Under the pieces are notes generated by a model that saw nothing but the letters and a program-made list of their open reading frames with translations, was not told the DNA's origin and did no database searches. Shown one piece after another: positions 45,743-55,828 of a stretch of DNA of 64,000 bases; position 1 is the first letter of the stretch, and every line of letters starts with the position of its first letter. The DNA comes from Candidatus Latescibacterota bacterium (lineage in GTDB: Bacteria > Latescibacterota > UBA2968 > GCA-2709665). Position numbers and translations under genes: made by a program. Location: contig CAXXXF010000014.1 of assembly GCA_963667175.2 (NCBI GenBank), positions 334,072-398,071 of the forward strand, read 5' to 3'.

Positions 45743-47050
45743 ATGCATGTCATCTACCCTTGTTGCGCTGGTTTGGATGTCCACAAAAAGACGGTCGTTG
45801 CCTGCCGGATGAAGGCCGAAGGGTCAAAGCCGAGCCGGCGAGAGGTAAAGACCTTCTCCACAATGACCCGGCAGTTGCTGGCGTTGAGCGATTGGCTTTC
45901 TCAGTGGGGCTGCACCCACGTGGCGATGGAAAGCACCGGCGAGTATTGGAAGCCCATCTTCAACGTGCTGGAAGCCAACTTTGAAGTCTTGCTGGTCAAT
46001 GCGCAGCACGTCAAACAGGTGCCAGGACGCAAGACCGATGTCCGGGATGCTGAGTGGCTGGCCGGGCTGCTGCAACACGGCTTGCTCAAAGCGAGCTTTA
46101 TCCCCCCTGCCCTCCAGCGGGATTTGCGTGATCTGACGCGGTATCGCACCACATTGGTGCAGGAGCGCACCCGGGTGATCAATCGGGTGCAGAAGGCTTT
46201 GGAGGGCGCCAACATCAAGCTGTCCAGTGTGGCCAGCGATACGCTGGGCGTGTCGGGTCGGGCCATACTAAAAGGGCTCATCCAAGGCCAGGAAGATCCA
46301 GCAGCGTTAGCGGAGTTGGCCAAGGGCCGCTTGCGCAACAAGAAGGCCGACCTGGAGCAGGCGCTGACCGGCTTTTTCCGACCCCACCATCGCTTTTTGT
46401 TGAGCCACTTGCTGGCGCATCTGGACTTTCTGGAAACACAACTTTCTCAGCTGTCCGACCAGATCGCTCAACACATTGAGGCGATGGGTGTGCCCCCAAA
46501 AGACCCGCAGCCTCCTTCGGGCGGTTCGTCCAAGCCTGCGCAAGCTTCTGGGCTCCTTCCCAATCAGGCCATGGCCTTGTGGGATACGATTCCTGGCGTC
46601 AACCAGACCGTGGCCGAGGTTATGGTGGCCGAAATGGGCGTGGATATGGGCCGCTTCCCCACCCACCGGCATCTGGCCTCCTGGGTCGGCTTAGCGCCGG
46701 GAAACCATGAAAGCGCAGGGAAACGTCAATCGGGGCGCACCACCAAAGGCAATCCTGCGTTGCGTCTTGCCCTCGTCCAAGCGGCCTGGGCGGCCTCGCG
46801 CACCAAAGACACTTATCTGTCCGCTCTCTATCGTCGGTTGGCCGCACGACGGGGCAAGAAACGCGCCTTGGTGGCAGTGGCTCATTCCATTCTCACAGCC
46901 GCCTATCATATGGCCTGTCACACACAACCCTATCAAGATCCGGGCAGCAACTATTTCGATCAGCGCAAGAAACACGACGTTGTCTCTCGGCTCTCCCATC
47001 GCCTGGAAAAGTTGGGGTACAACGTTGCGCTTACGCTACAAGCTGCTTAA
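45743..47050 (+). CDS. IS110-family DEDD recombinase/transposase
   Basis: GLDVHK, VAMESTG, RKTDVRDA (DEDD), TIPGV, HESAGK (catalytic Ser), AVAH; AGGAGG RBS. Confidence 0.95.
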   Translation: MHVIYPCCAGLDVHKKTVVACRMKAEGSKPSRREVKTFSTMTRQLLALSDWLSQWGCTHVAMESTGEYWKPIFNVLEANFEVLLVNAQHVKQVPGRKTDVRDAEWLAGLLQHGLLKASFIPPALQRDLRDLTRYRTTLVQERTRVINRVQKALEGANIKLSSVASDTLGVSGRAILKGLIQGQEDPAALAELAKGRLRNKKADLEQALTGFFRPHHRFLLSHLLAHLDFLETQLSQLSDQIAQHIEAMGVPPKDPQPPSGGSSKPAQASGLLPNQAMALWDTIPGVNQTVAEVMVAEMGVDMGRFPTHRHLASWVGLAPGNHESAGKRQSGRTTKGNPALRLALVQAAWAASRTKDTYLSALYRRLAARRGKKRALVAVAHSILTAAYHMACHTQPYQDPGSNYFDQRKKHDVVSRLSHRLEKLGYNVALTLQAA

Positions 47051-47089
47051 ATAAAAGAAAAACAACAGGATTCTTCGAAATCTGAAAGG

Positions 47090-47341
47090 TTATTTTCTAA
47101 GTAGAACAAAGGCGACTGACGCAATCAATAAAACGCCCCACCAACTCATCTCCCACGTGGGCCAACGGATAATCAACAGCCCCGTCGAACAAAGCACAAA
47201 AGCCGCAATCCCAAATTCGCCCTCAAACAACAAAAAGTCTAAACCCCAAAGTTTGCACGACGGCCACACTGCGGGGACTAAATGAAGAAACAAGAATATA
47301 GCAATAGGAATATGACGTATCATCACGGGATGGAAAATCAC
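47090..47341 (-). pseudogene. 5' part of the IS110-interrupted membrane-TPR gene
   Basis: 83 aa with three hydrophobic segments, stop codon at the IS110 right end. Confidence 0.6.
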
Positions 47342-47377
47342 GGATAGGATAAGGCCACAGCTGCCGCGCTACCCTAT

Positions 47378-48929
47378 CAGTCCGTTGAAAAAACGGGATT
47401 TCAGCGAAGAATCGTGGAAAAGAGGGTAGGGTATGTTTGATGTGTGTTGCGTGTCGGCAATGGGCACTAAGTTTTCAAATAGGGAAAGAATGCGGAAAGA
47501 CGCCGTGAAATTGTTTTACGGGCCTCGAGAGCGCGTTTGAGGCGATGAACAAAGGTGCCGAATGCCGATAGCAACCCATGCAACGCCCTCGGGGTGCCCT
47601 TGCCGGTGATCTGTCGCATCACGAGGGAGAGATTGAAAGCGCCGCCGTGTATACACAGCCGTTTGTAGATGTTGGTGTGGCCGCGCAGGTGCGTGCGACG
47701 CATCCCCCCGGTTTCATAGGTGTGCGCAAAACTGCGTTCTGCCACCTCGGCGCGCTGCCGCTGCAGGGCGCGCCCACGGACGCCTCGTATGCGCCGGCGA
47801 TTTGCATACACCGCCATCTTGGCCGCCGCATCCTTTTTCCAGTTTCGCCGTCCGCGATCCGGTTCCGAGACGTAGCTGCGGATCTTTGCCGTCTTCAAGG
47901 TCTTCATGGTGTGATTGCTGTGATATCCCTTATCCGCCACCACTTCGCGAAGTGCCGTCTTGTCATCGATGTCCCCGACCGCTTGCAGATTCCGGTCGGC
48001 TTGGTCCAAACTCCCGCCCAGCGACTCGGTGTCCCCTTTATCGGCGCCACATACCGTTATGGCCACCAGCGCCTGAGTGTCCAGATCGACCGTATGCTCG
48101 GCCTTGTGAGCCAAATGCGTGCGTCCGTCCTTCATCTTGGTAACGCGGGCATCCGCATCATGGGGATGTTCCCAGTCCTTGTTGGAAGCCTTATTCGTGC
48201 GCTTCTTGTCGAGCCGGGCCAGGTCCTGCTTCGTCGGGGTTGGGATGCCTTCGGCCCGGGCCAGCCCTTCCAGATACTCGTGGTAGGCTTTGCCCGTGTC
48301 CCGCCGCACGATGCTTTTCATCGCCGCGTTGGCTTCCAGCGTGGTGGCGTCCACCGCCACCGTCTTGCCCTTGAGCAGGTCGTGGCCGACCAACACCTTC
48401 AGCACAAACGTGAAGACCGCTTCGTGCACCTCCACCGGCAAGCGCTGCCTTATGCGCGACAGACTCGAGTGATCCGGCGGCGATTCGCTCAAGGGAATAC
48501 CCAGAAAGCGGCGCAGACAAAGCGAATCGGCAACACGCCAGGCGATGCCCCGCTCCGAGCTCAAACCCTCGAAATAGCCGATCATCAGCATGCGGAAATA
48601 CACCCCGGGAGCGATACTGGGACGCCCCAACGTCTCCGCGTAATACGGCGCGCACTGCCCTTCCACAAAGGGATCGAAACCACCCTCGGACAGCAGCCTG
48701 TTCAGGCGCGTGTAAAACGGATGCCCAGGACCCTCGGACAGCGTGCTGGAAGGCACCCACATTTCCTCCTGATGACTTTCTTGACGCCTGCTCATCGACA
48801 TCACCGACCTCCTTCAACACTCGACTTCTCTGCTTACTGCACGTTTCCTCTATCTTACCAACAAACACATGACACAAACAATACTTTTTTGACCATGACT
48901 TCGAAAATTCATACTTTTTCAACAGGCTG
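47378..48929 (-). mobile_element. IS1182-family insertion sequence
   Basis: Terminal IRs CAGTCCGTTGAAAAA and CAGCCTGTTGAAAAA; 4-bp target duplication CTAT at 47374-47377 and 48930-48933. Confidence 0.88.
47467..48804 (-). CDS. IS1182-family DDE transposase
   Basis: GRPSIAP, SERGI, PDHSSLSR, VDATTLEANA, VADKGY, AERSFA. Confidence 0.9.
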   Translation of the reverse strand: MMSMSRRQESHQEEMWVPSSTLSEGPGHPFYTRLNRLLSEGGFDPFVEGQCAPYYAETLGRPSIAPGVYFRMLMIGYFEGLSSERGIAWRVADSLCLRRFLGIPLSESPPDHSSLSRIRQRLPVEVHEAVFTFVLKVLVGHDLLKGKTVAVDATTLEANAAMKSIVRRDTGKAYHEYLEGLARAEGIPTPTKQDLARLDKKRTNKASNKDWEHPHDADARVTKMKDGRTHLAHKAEHTVDLDTQALVAITVCGADKGDTESLGGSLDQADRNLQAVGDIDDKTALREVVADKGYHSNHTMKTLKTAKIRSYVSEPDRGRRNWKKDAAAKMAVYANRRRIRGVRGRALQRQRAEVAERSFAHTYETGGMRRTHLRGHTNIYKRLCIHGGAFNLSLVMRQITGKGTPRALHGLLSAFGTFVHRLKRALEARKTISRRLSAFFPYLKT

Positions 48930-49318
48930 CTATGTGCCGATATAGGGTGAGGCAACTCCACCTCCGAGTTTAGCGTCGCACATTGGGCGGAGAGGAGCAC
49001 AAGAGATGAGGTCAATAACCGACGTTGTAGGCAATGGCACAGAGCGGTCTTTGGTTGTGGAAGGCCCGCGAGGGACCTCCAATATTCGGAGGCAAGATCC
49101 GGAAGTGACGGTGCGTGCGAAGCGTCGTCGTCTGAACTTTCACCCTTCTTAGGTGTGGCCGCGTTCCGATCGCCGATCCGCACCTGGTAAACAATGACCG
49201 CGAACCTGGACCACCGATCATTGTCGTAAGCAAATTCCGTCCACGCCAGAATGCTGGGCCGCCGGGTCCCTCCCGCGATGGAGACGGCTATACCGTCCGC
49301 CGACCTGCGCCTTGCGCA

Positions 49319-49870
49319 TCAACCGGATTGATGACCGACAGCCTCGTCCACCAGCGGGGCCAGATCTTTCCACGCCTCAAGGACTGTCTCCACGAGGTGG
49401 TTGCGGTACACCTTGAGGTTGTCACCTTCCCAAAACCTGCCAGATGGAGCATCCACGTCCTTGAAGGCCGGCCACCATATCGAGGAACGTGGATATGAAG
49501 GACGCGCCGCACGGGTAAAGGGCGCCCTATAGCGCTCATCATTCGTCCTGACTCCACAGATCAACCAACCGTCCGCAGAAAAACGCGCGGACTTGCTGTT
49601 CCATTCAAGTCTCACATCCGGGGCTCCACCACCCTCAGGCCAATCTTGCCGGCGCAAACCGAGCCCCGGCCAGGCTCCGTCAGAGAAAAACGACTCGACA
49701 CCGCTTTCGGCGATCCGGCAGCACCTGACAGCCGCTTCAAGATCGTCCTTGAGGCTGCGGTAGAAGCCATCCACGAACTTGCAGACTTCGACTTCCAGGC
49801 GTGCCCACTCCCTGATCATTGTTTCGTGCTCGAGATAGAACTTGATCTGTTCGTTTTCGATCCGGTTCAT
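49319..49870 (-). CDS. Hypothetical protein translationally coupled to a PD-(D/E)XK nuclease gene
   Basis: 183-aa ORF, ATGA overlap with upstream stop, AAGGAG RBS. Confidence 0.65.
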   Translation of the reverse strand: MNRIENEQIKFYLEHETMIREWARLEVEVCKFVDGFYRSLKDDLEAAVRCCRIAESGVESFFSDGAWPGLGLRRQDWPEGGGAPDVRLEWNSKSARFSADGWLICGVRTNDERYRAPFTRAARPSYPRSSIWWPAFKDVDAPSGRFWEGDNLKVYRNHLVETVLEAWKDLAPLVDEAVGHQSG

Positions 49871-50574
49871 CCAAATTGCTCCTTGAGTGTAAGCAGGTAG
49901 TTCCTGACGACATCGTCCGCCGCAGGGCGTGATTCACTCAATGCCGCCTCCAACATCGCCCGTAGTTCGGGCCACGAAAGGGTCCTGAAAGAACATCGCT
50001 CAACCGGTGTGGTCGCCGTGAGGGGTCTCCGGCCTTCGGGAGTCAAGAACAGGAACAGCGGCCCGCTTTCATTCTTGAAGTTCTCGTACAAGTCCTCGCA
50101 CTGGCTGGGCTGCTCTGACGCGTCGACCTTGCTCTCGATGACGAGCGTGAAGTTGTGGCCCCACACGACGAGGTCGGCCTCTCTGTCGTTACGCCACTGC
50201 GAGAAAACCACCCTTCTGACTGGCACAGGCGCGCGCACCGGGGCGCCCGTGCAGTGTGCTACAATGCGCCTGACGAGTCCACAACCGAGGCCGTGCCGAC
50301 CCGTCGGCGTCAGGAGCCATTCAAGCATGCGAGAATGGGTATTCTCATGCCGTGCGAGACCGATGATGTTGAGAAAGTCTGCTGGTCCGGTAACCCACCG
50401 CCCGTCCGAAACGAGACGGTAGTACACGCATCGCATCTCCAGGATGGCTGCATGCCAAGTGGCCAGAATCCCTTTCGTCCGGCGCGCGGTTATCTCTTCC
50501 CATTCGCTATCCATCGCACGAATCTGCGCTTTCCACACGCTGAGTCGAGAAACCGATGTGACCTCTCTGGGCAT
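49867..50574 (-). CDS. PD-(D/E)XK nuclease superfamily protein (PDDEXK_4-like)
   Basis: ENTHSRMLEWLLTP..HGLG, EADLV...VIESKV, EQPSQC..Y, FLTPEG. Confidence 0.8.
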   Translation of the reverse strand: MPREVTSVSRLSVWKAQIRAMDSEWEEITARRTKGILATWHAAILEMRCVYYRLVSDGRWVTGPADFLNIIGLARHENTHSRMLEWLLTPTGRHGLGCGLVRRIVAHCTGAPVRAPVPVRRVVFSQWRNDREADLVVWGHNFTLVIESKVDASEQPSQCEDLYENFKNESGPLFLFLTPEGRRPLTATTPVERCSFRTLSWPELRAMLEAALSESRPAADDVVRNYLLTLKEQFG

Positions 50575-50643
50575 GGCGAATACCTAAACGTGTTGGGAAT
50601 ACACAGAATAGTGCCGTACGAAAACAGCGTGCCAGAAATTCAT

Positions 50644-50847
50644 CTACTGGTAACGTCCCCTGTATTTCCCTTCAAACAACTGAAATGTCCGAAATTCTGT
50701 ATTCTTGACATTCCACCCTTTACCTCGGGCGTGTCCGATACGGGCACGGGCTTGGAGCTCTGTTAATCCCATTTTCTCTGCTATCGTCCCGATTTCTGCT
50801 CCGTTTGAATACCTTTCCAGCACCCGTACGACCTCCAACTTTTGCAT
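50644..50847 (-). CDS. Small HTH-like protein
   Basis: GGGAGG RBS; IGTIAEKMGLTELQARARIGHARGKGW pattern. Confidence 0.5.
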   Translation of the reverse strand: MQKLEVVRVLERYSNGAEIGTIAEKMGLTELQARARIGHARGKGWNVKNTEFRTFQLFEGKYRGRYQ

Positions 50848-51578
50848 ACAATCCTCCCAATAATACAGTGTCGATCCTTACCTTATTTCCTTGTGAAACG
50901 CACTGCGCTTTTCCGCCTTAACCATTATCGTATCATCCGTGCCGATTACAGACCATCGCATACCGAGTACACTGACACGCCGGGGAGTTTCTTTTTGTGC
51001 TCATCTTGCCCCTCGTCAAAGCGCGCGAAACTGCGACAACCGTGTCTTCCACCCAAGCCCGTTCCGCTGTCCACTTTGGTAAAACATGCCGAAAAAGATC
51101 CGCCACGAGATGTGCACGGGTGGAAATTTGCATATCGGTAAGAGAACGGCCCTTCCAATCCAACGACGGAAAGTAACGCTTCCCCCTGTAACAGGATCGC
51201 CTGTCACAAAAAAAGGGAACTACAGAAGTGATCAAAGGGGGCTGTTATGGAATTGCTCTTTGACAACATCGCGACCCTCATTTTTGTTGTGGGCCTCTAT
51301 TTGGCGGATAATACCTTCTCGAAACCGGCAGGAAGATACAAGGGCCCAAGGGATTAGGGTATCGTGTTGGGGTTATACAACGGCGGGGGCAGGAAGGTCT
51401 TTGTGGGCTTCGGCTTTCGTTCTGCCGTAGCCTTTGAGGCCGTCATATTGGGCAACACATTACGTGCAGCCACGCGAGGTTGTGCTGGGTACGGATTCCC
51501 TGACGTCTTCCAATCATTCTTTTCTTGATTGCCGTGTTAGCTTTCTGAGTCTCATAGCGTCTCATTGGCGGATAACAT

Positions 51579-52238
51579 TCAACGCTTACCCCTTGCTGAT
51601 AATGCAAGCGGAAAACCTATTCCAACCTTCGACGATAGCGTCCTGTGGTTCGTCTCTTCGCCGTCCAACAATATGGGGTTGGTGTCATGGCTATATGTGA
51701 CGTCCCATGATAGCCATGCATTGCCGACTTTCTTGCTCACACCCAACCCGCCGACGAGGGCGAATCTGCTCGTTCCAGTAATACTCACGTTTAAGTCGGG
51801 ATGGTCGCAGTCTACGTCTGCTGACACCCCTCTTATCCTCGCCCTCACGTTGCACCCCACCTCGATACCTGCAAAGCCGCCACCGAGAATATATGCGATT
51901 GTGTTGTTATCTTCATGTATGGGTATCTTGCCAAGACCGGAAAGCTCCACGTATCGCGCGCGGATACCTCCCGAGAAGTTACCCAGTATGGCGTCACCTC
52001 TCACAGTGGCGTCAATCCCTTTGTTGGTTATCGTAGCGCCGAAGAGGGCGTGGAAGCCCATTGGCTCTATCGACGCACCAAATAGGGGTGCTATGCGCGG
52101 GTTCACGGTCTCCCCTCGCCCTGGGGTGATGTTTGTCATGGTTGACCGAGACATGCCCGCGTGCGCCATGACAATCGCCTCTCCATGTGCATTGCCTGCG
52201 AATGTGAGCAAGGCAATAAAAGCCACGACCTTGTGCAT
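51579..52238 (-). CDS. Secreted or outer-membrane beta-strand-rich hypothetical protein
   Basis: Signal peptide (AHG-EA), alternating amphipathic strands, GGGAG RBS. Confidence 0.55.
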   Translation of the reverse strand: MHKVVAFIALLTFAGNAHGEAIVMAHAGMSRSTMTNITPGRGETVNPRIAPLFGASIEPMGFHALFGATITNKGIDATVRGDAILGNFSGGIRARYVELSGLGKIPIHEDNNTIAYILGGGFAGIEVGCNVRARIRGVSADVDCDHPDLNVSITGTSRFALVGGLGVSKKVGNAWLSWDVTYSHDTNPILLDGEETNHRTLSSKVGIGFPLALSARGKR

Positions 52239-52274
52239 CTGTTGTCTCCCTTCCTAATAGAAATCTGTTGAAGC

Positions 52275-52620
52275 GCCGATGAGAGCGCGGAAAAATGGTT
52301 CATACTGCGACGCTGGCCGGACGGTGTGAAATGTCCCAGATGTGACAGTGACGACATACCGAGAACAATGACGCACGAGAGCATGGACTTCGCCTGCCGC
52401 CCGTGTCACGGAATTTCTCTACCAAATCCGGGACGGTGATGAGCAACTCGAAGATCGGGTATCACAAATGAGCAATTGCCATATACCTGATGCTTGTGAA
52501 TCGGAAATTTATCTCCAGTATCCACTTGGGGCGCGTCCTGGGTATTTCCCAGGGTTGTGCCTGGCATCTTGGACACCGCATCCGAGAGGCGTGGAGCGAT
52601 GATCCACCTAAATTCACCGG
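52275..52620 (+). pseudogene. IS1595-family transposase N-terminal remnant
   Basis: WFILRRWPDGVKCPRC zinc ribbon, FACRPC, GTVMSNSK, ISSIHLGRVLGISQGCAWHLGHRIREA with frameshift and internal stop. Confidence 0.75.
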
Positions 52621-52654
52621 ACCCGTCGAAGGAGTTATATTCCTGGAGCTGTGA

Positions 52655-54580
52655 CTATGGATCTTGTGCGCCAGTAAGCCAATGCCGAATCCAAGCCGCC
52701 AACCGATCCTGGAGGCTAGCTCGGTACTTGAAAACATAAAAGCCGAAGATTAGGCTCGATAGATTTAGCGCCACAAGTAATAGGTTTGCGATGTGGAGGA
52801 CGGGCTCAGGATATCCTGACCAAGAAAAGCCCATCACGGTTATCAAGGCAATTGATAGAATACTCAAGAACCCCTTAGTGATTAAAGACGCGAGTTTTTG
52901 CGCACGTTGGTGAACGTGAATTTGCAGATTCCTTTGTCTTTCCGTAGCAAGTTTGGCTTTTGTAGTCTGCTCTTTTGCGACAGAGGCATAACTAGCCCTG
53001 ACGCGTGCAATGACTTCATCCATGCTATCTGAGTCAATATCGGTATCGTCCGTAGAATGATCTTCGAGTCGTGAAAGGCCAACATCTGTAAATTGGTTCA
53101 CCAAAATTGCCGCAGTTTCGTCAGAAGAAACCACTCCAGAATCTTGGAGATCCCGCAAATGGCGTTTAAACTTTCCCCAAGTCTTGGGAGATGGCTGTAA
53201 AGCAGCGGAGCAAAGAGCGATAAGCTCATGTATTTTTAACTTTTGCCCGGCGGCTGGAAATTTGAGCCATGCGGCGTTCGAAATCGCGAAATGGTGAACT
53301 ACGGGTGGAACTACCCTGTCAGCTTTCCCGTTACGATGCTCCGTGTCAAGTTGTCGACGATACCATTCAGTGACATTCCTTATTACAAGCCCTGTTGCAG
53401 AAACAAAAATGGCTTTGGCGTCGTCGATATCTTCAGGTAAAATCGAGCGCCGCAAAGTAAGGACAGACGCGACACAATCGACGTCATGCCAAACTCGTGG
53501 TTCGTACTCTGGCGCGTCGGTTTTCGCCAGGCGTCGCGCCAAGTCACTCTCATCAAGTGTGTAGCGGGGTATACGCGAAGGGACCGGCTTTATAGTAAGA
53601 CCCGCCTCTTGTACGGCTTGGTTAAGTAGTGCGGAGATCTGGACCACATCTGACGGAGTGTATTGGTTTATTAACAGAAATCGAGTAAGTGCATTGGGGT
53701 TAAGGGAATTCCGACCCTCGGCGGTGCCCAAGCGTTGTTGATAGAAGGATAGAAGGCCCCTAATTTCTTTAATCGTAGCGTCGAATACTGCTACGCGAGC
53801 CCCCGCGCGTTTGAGCATTGCGATCATTTCGTTAGTGGCGACTTGAGAGGCCTTTCCTTGGTATCCGAGGGCTTGCAAAACTAACCGTGTATCGAGATAA
53901 ACAGCGAGATCCTTGAACTTTCGTTTGGCAGAGCCGATGTCATTGAGAACAAGAGCGTTTTGTAAAACAAAACCTTCAAGCATCCGCTGGAGTATCGAAG
54001 TAAGGCGGTCATTCAACGGAACGACATCTTTGACGAATCTAATTAAGAGGCGACTCTTGCCGTGTGAACGTGATTCTCCAAAATCTGTTCGATCTTGATA
54101 GGAATCATCCAAGACCATTCCGACGTGATTTCGTTCGAGGAACTCCAATAGTAGAGCTAGCGCGTCTTCATCAGTCTCGACCGGTTGGGAGTGGTCGGCC
54201 AGAAAGTTCCGCAATTGTGATGTAAGCTGAGAGTGTTCCGCGTCAATTTTGGCTTTCGCTTCAGGGATGTTCGATTGTGGAAAATCGTGCCTTCGGAAAT
54301 ATCGTCCGTATTGCCGACTGACAAGCCCACCCTTGGTGGTACGACTGAGAAGGGTCCGTAGTGTATGTCTCGGCACGGCTAATCCGTGTCTAGATAGCAT
54401 GGAGCTTCTTACCTCCTCAACTTGAAAGTCCTCCTTGTCGAGGCTACCAATAGCGTCGATTAGAAAGGGTTGAAACATACCGATGTGATCTTGTCCCTGA
54501 TCGAAGTTGGCCTTCAATAGTGCGACGGTGGCTAGGCCGCGAGAAGCTGAGTCCGAAGGTTCAATTACAGTAGTATTCAT
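52655..54580 (-). CDS. Hypothetical protein with PIN-like motifs and two C-terminal TM helices
   Basis: VYLDTRLV..ALGY, ATIKEI, WHDVD, AIFVS acidic motif spacing; C-terminal hydrophobic pair. Confidence 0.6.
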   Translation of the reverse strand: MNTTVIEPSDSASRGLATVALLKANFDQGQDHIGMFQPFLIDAIGSLDKEDFQVEEVRSSMLSRHGLAVPRHTLRTLLSRTTKGGLVSRQYGRYFRRHDFPQSNIPEAKAKIDAEHSQLTSQLRNFLADHSQPVETDEDALALLLEFLERNHVGMVLDDSYQDRTDFGESRSHGKSRLLIRFVKDVVPLNDRLTSILQRMLEGFVLQNALVLNDIGSAKRKFKDLAVYLDTRLVLQALGYQGKASQVATNEMIAMLKRAGARVAVFDATIKEIRGLLSFYQQRLGTAEGRNSLNPNALTRFLLINQYTPSDVVQISALLNQAVQEAGLTIKPVPSRIPRYTLDESDLARRLAKTDAPEYEPRVWHDVDCVASVLTLRRSILPEDIDDAKAIFVSATGLVIRNVTEWYRRQLDTEHRNGKADRVVPPVVHHFAISNAAWLKFPAAGQKLKIHELIALCSAALQPSPKTWGKFKRHLRDLQDSGVVSSDETAAILVNQFTDVGLSRLEDHSTDDTDIDSDSMDEVIARVRASYASVAKEQTTKAKLATERQRNLQIHVHQRAQKLASLITKGFLSILSIALITVMGFSWSGYPEPVLHIANLLLVALNLSSLIFGFYVFKYRASLQDRLAAWIRHWLTGAQDP

Positions 54581-55277
54581 GCGAAATCTCGTGGATTGTT
54601 CTGGAGATTGTCAATGCTCAATACAACGGGACAATTCGGAATGCTGATGAGTTACGGATTGTCACGGCATGCTGCGAAGGCCAGGTGCTTACCTTAACTT
54701 GACCGGTCTATTACTTGAGACGGTGGATCTTTCAAGTGCTGCCGTTCGTCCTATTTCTTGGAGCAGCTGTGTCGCAAATTGCGTCAGCGGAACGTGTGAC
54801 AATATAACGAGGATTTGTTGAATTGAGGGGTTTTTTTTGAATGAGACACAGTGTTGCGACAGATAGGTGATGCATCAGGGAACCGGCAGCACAGGATCAA
54901 GCGCTTGTGTTTCCTGTCTCGCATGCATCAGCAGGTGGGCTTGCGGGCGGGGTGAATGGCGAACACTCAATGGTTCATCCCATGCCGAACGAAATCCTTC
55001 GTCTGCCCGACGGCTTCCTCAGGAAAACAGTACGGGTAATCGAGCGGTAGAAGCCGTCATTGCGGTCTTCGGGAGGAACCCTCGTCGGGCGCCACGTCAG
55101 CATGAACGTGTGCGGAGATTGGATGCAGATGAGGAAGGGCGTACTTAGACGAGCGTTGGCAGTCAGGATGTATTGCGATTGGATAGGCGAGAATGTTCAA
55201 GCGGTAGATACGGCATATCGCGGTGAGACCTACACTAAGGGCCGTACGAAAAAACAATGAGAGACGAAACTCAAAGC

Positions 55278-55388
55278 TCATCGCGATGGGCGATCCGGTG
55301 GAAAGAGATGTTGTACGGGAGAGCGTAACCCAGGCAGTACGTCCCTGCCGTCGAAGGCGTCATCCGTTCCCAGCACGTCAACCTGCCG
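55278..55388. repeat. Degenerate direct repeat copy 1 (Uma2 3' end)
   Basis: Shares TCATCGCGAT, CGATCCGGTGGAAA, GGGAGAGCG, GGCAGTACGT, GGCGTCATCCG, CAGCACGTCAACCTGCCG with 63843-63952. Confidence 0.85.
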
Positions 55389-55754
55389 CGCGGAACGGTA
55401 GACGTGGAACATCCGCGTTTCGGGTTTCAGCAGCCAGACCTGACGGGTTCCGGGATATCCGGCATTGGTGAACTTTGGCGGCGGGTCAATTGTCCCGATT
55501 CGATATGCGGTCGGAAACCCAATTCGCAAGCCGTAGATAACGGCGTTCGGTCGCATAGCAAGCAACTGTTTCGTTGCTACCAGATCGTCTGCGTCGACTT
55601 TGTATGAACCTGTTTCGATGTCAATTGCCAGGAACTTGCCTCGATGTCCTGTATTCAACCGGTCACGGATCTGCTTCACAAAAATGGCTTCACCTCGTGA
55701 CTCTATTTCTTCGGCGGTATAATCTGAATAGGACATATCAATTTCCTCGGGCAA
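55278..55754 (-). CDS. Small conserved-type protein fused to a Uma2 (DUF820) C-terminal remnant
   Basis: RGEAIF...GKFLAIDIETGSY...RIG followed by GTRQVWLLKPETRMFHVYR...DVLPGL typical of Uma2 C-termini. Confidence 0.55.
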   Translation of the reverse strand: MPEEIDMSYSDYTAEEIESRGEAIFVKQIRDRLNTGHRGKFLAIDIETGSYKVDADDLVATKQLLAMRPNAVIYGLRIGFPTAYRIGTIDPPPKFTNAGYPGTRQVWLLKPETRMFHVYRSARQVDVLGTDDAFDGRDVLPGLRSPVQHLFPPDRPSR

Positions 55755-55828
55755 TACAATCTCGTTACGAAAAATCAGATCCGACAGTTGGGGCCGTGAA
55801 GAACCGGATATTGGTTCCGGTCGATAGA

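Larger units (their letters stand above)
45475..47100 (+). mobile_element. IS110-family insertion sequence (ends approximate)
   Basis: Complete transposase, ~270-bp non-coding left end, short right end, inserted within a host gene, no long terminal IRs. Confidence 0.85.

Noticed and set aside
47578-49183. Alternative ORFs across IS1182
   Set aside because: Shadow frames of the transposase
50850-51570. Several short ORFs, possibly phage-like remnants
   Set aside because: No motif, RBS or consistent frame to support a call
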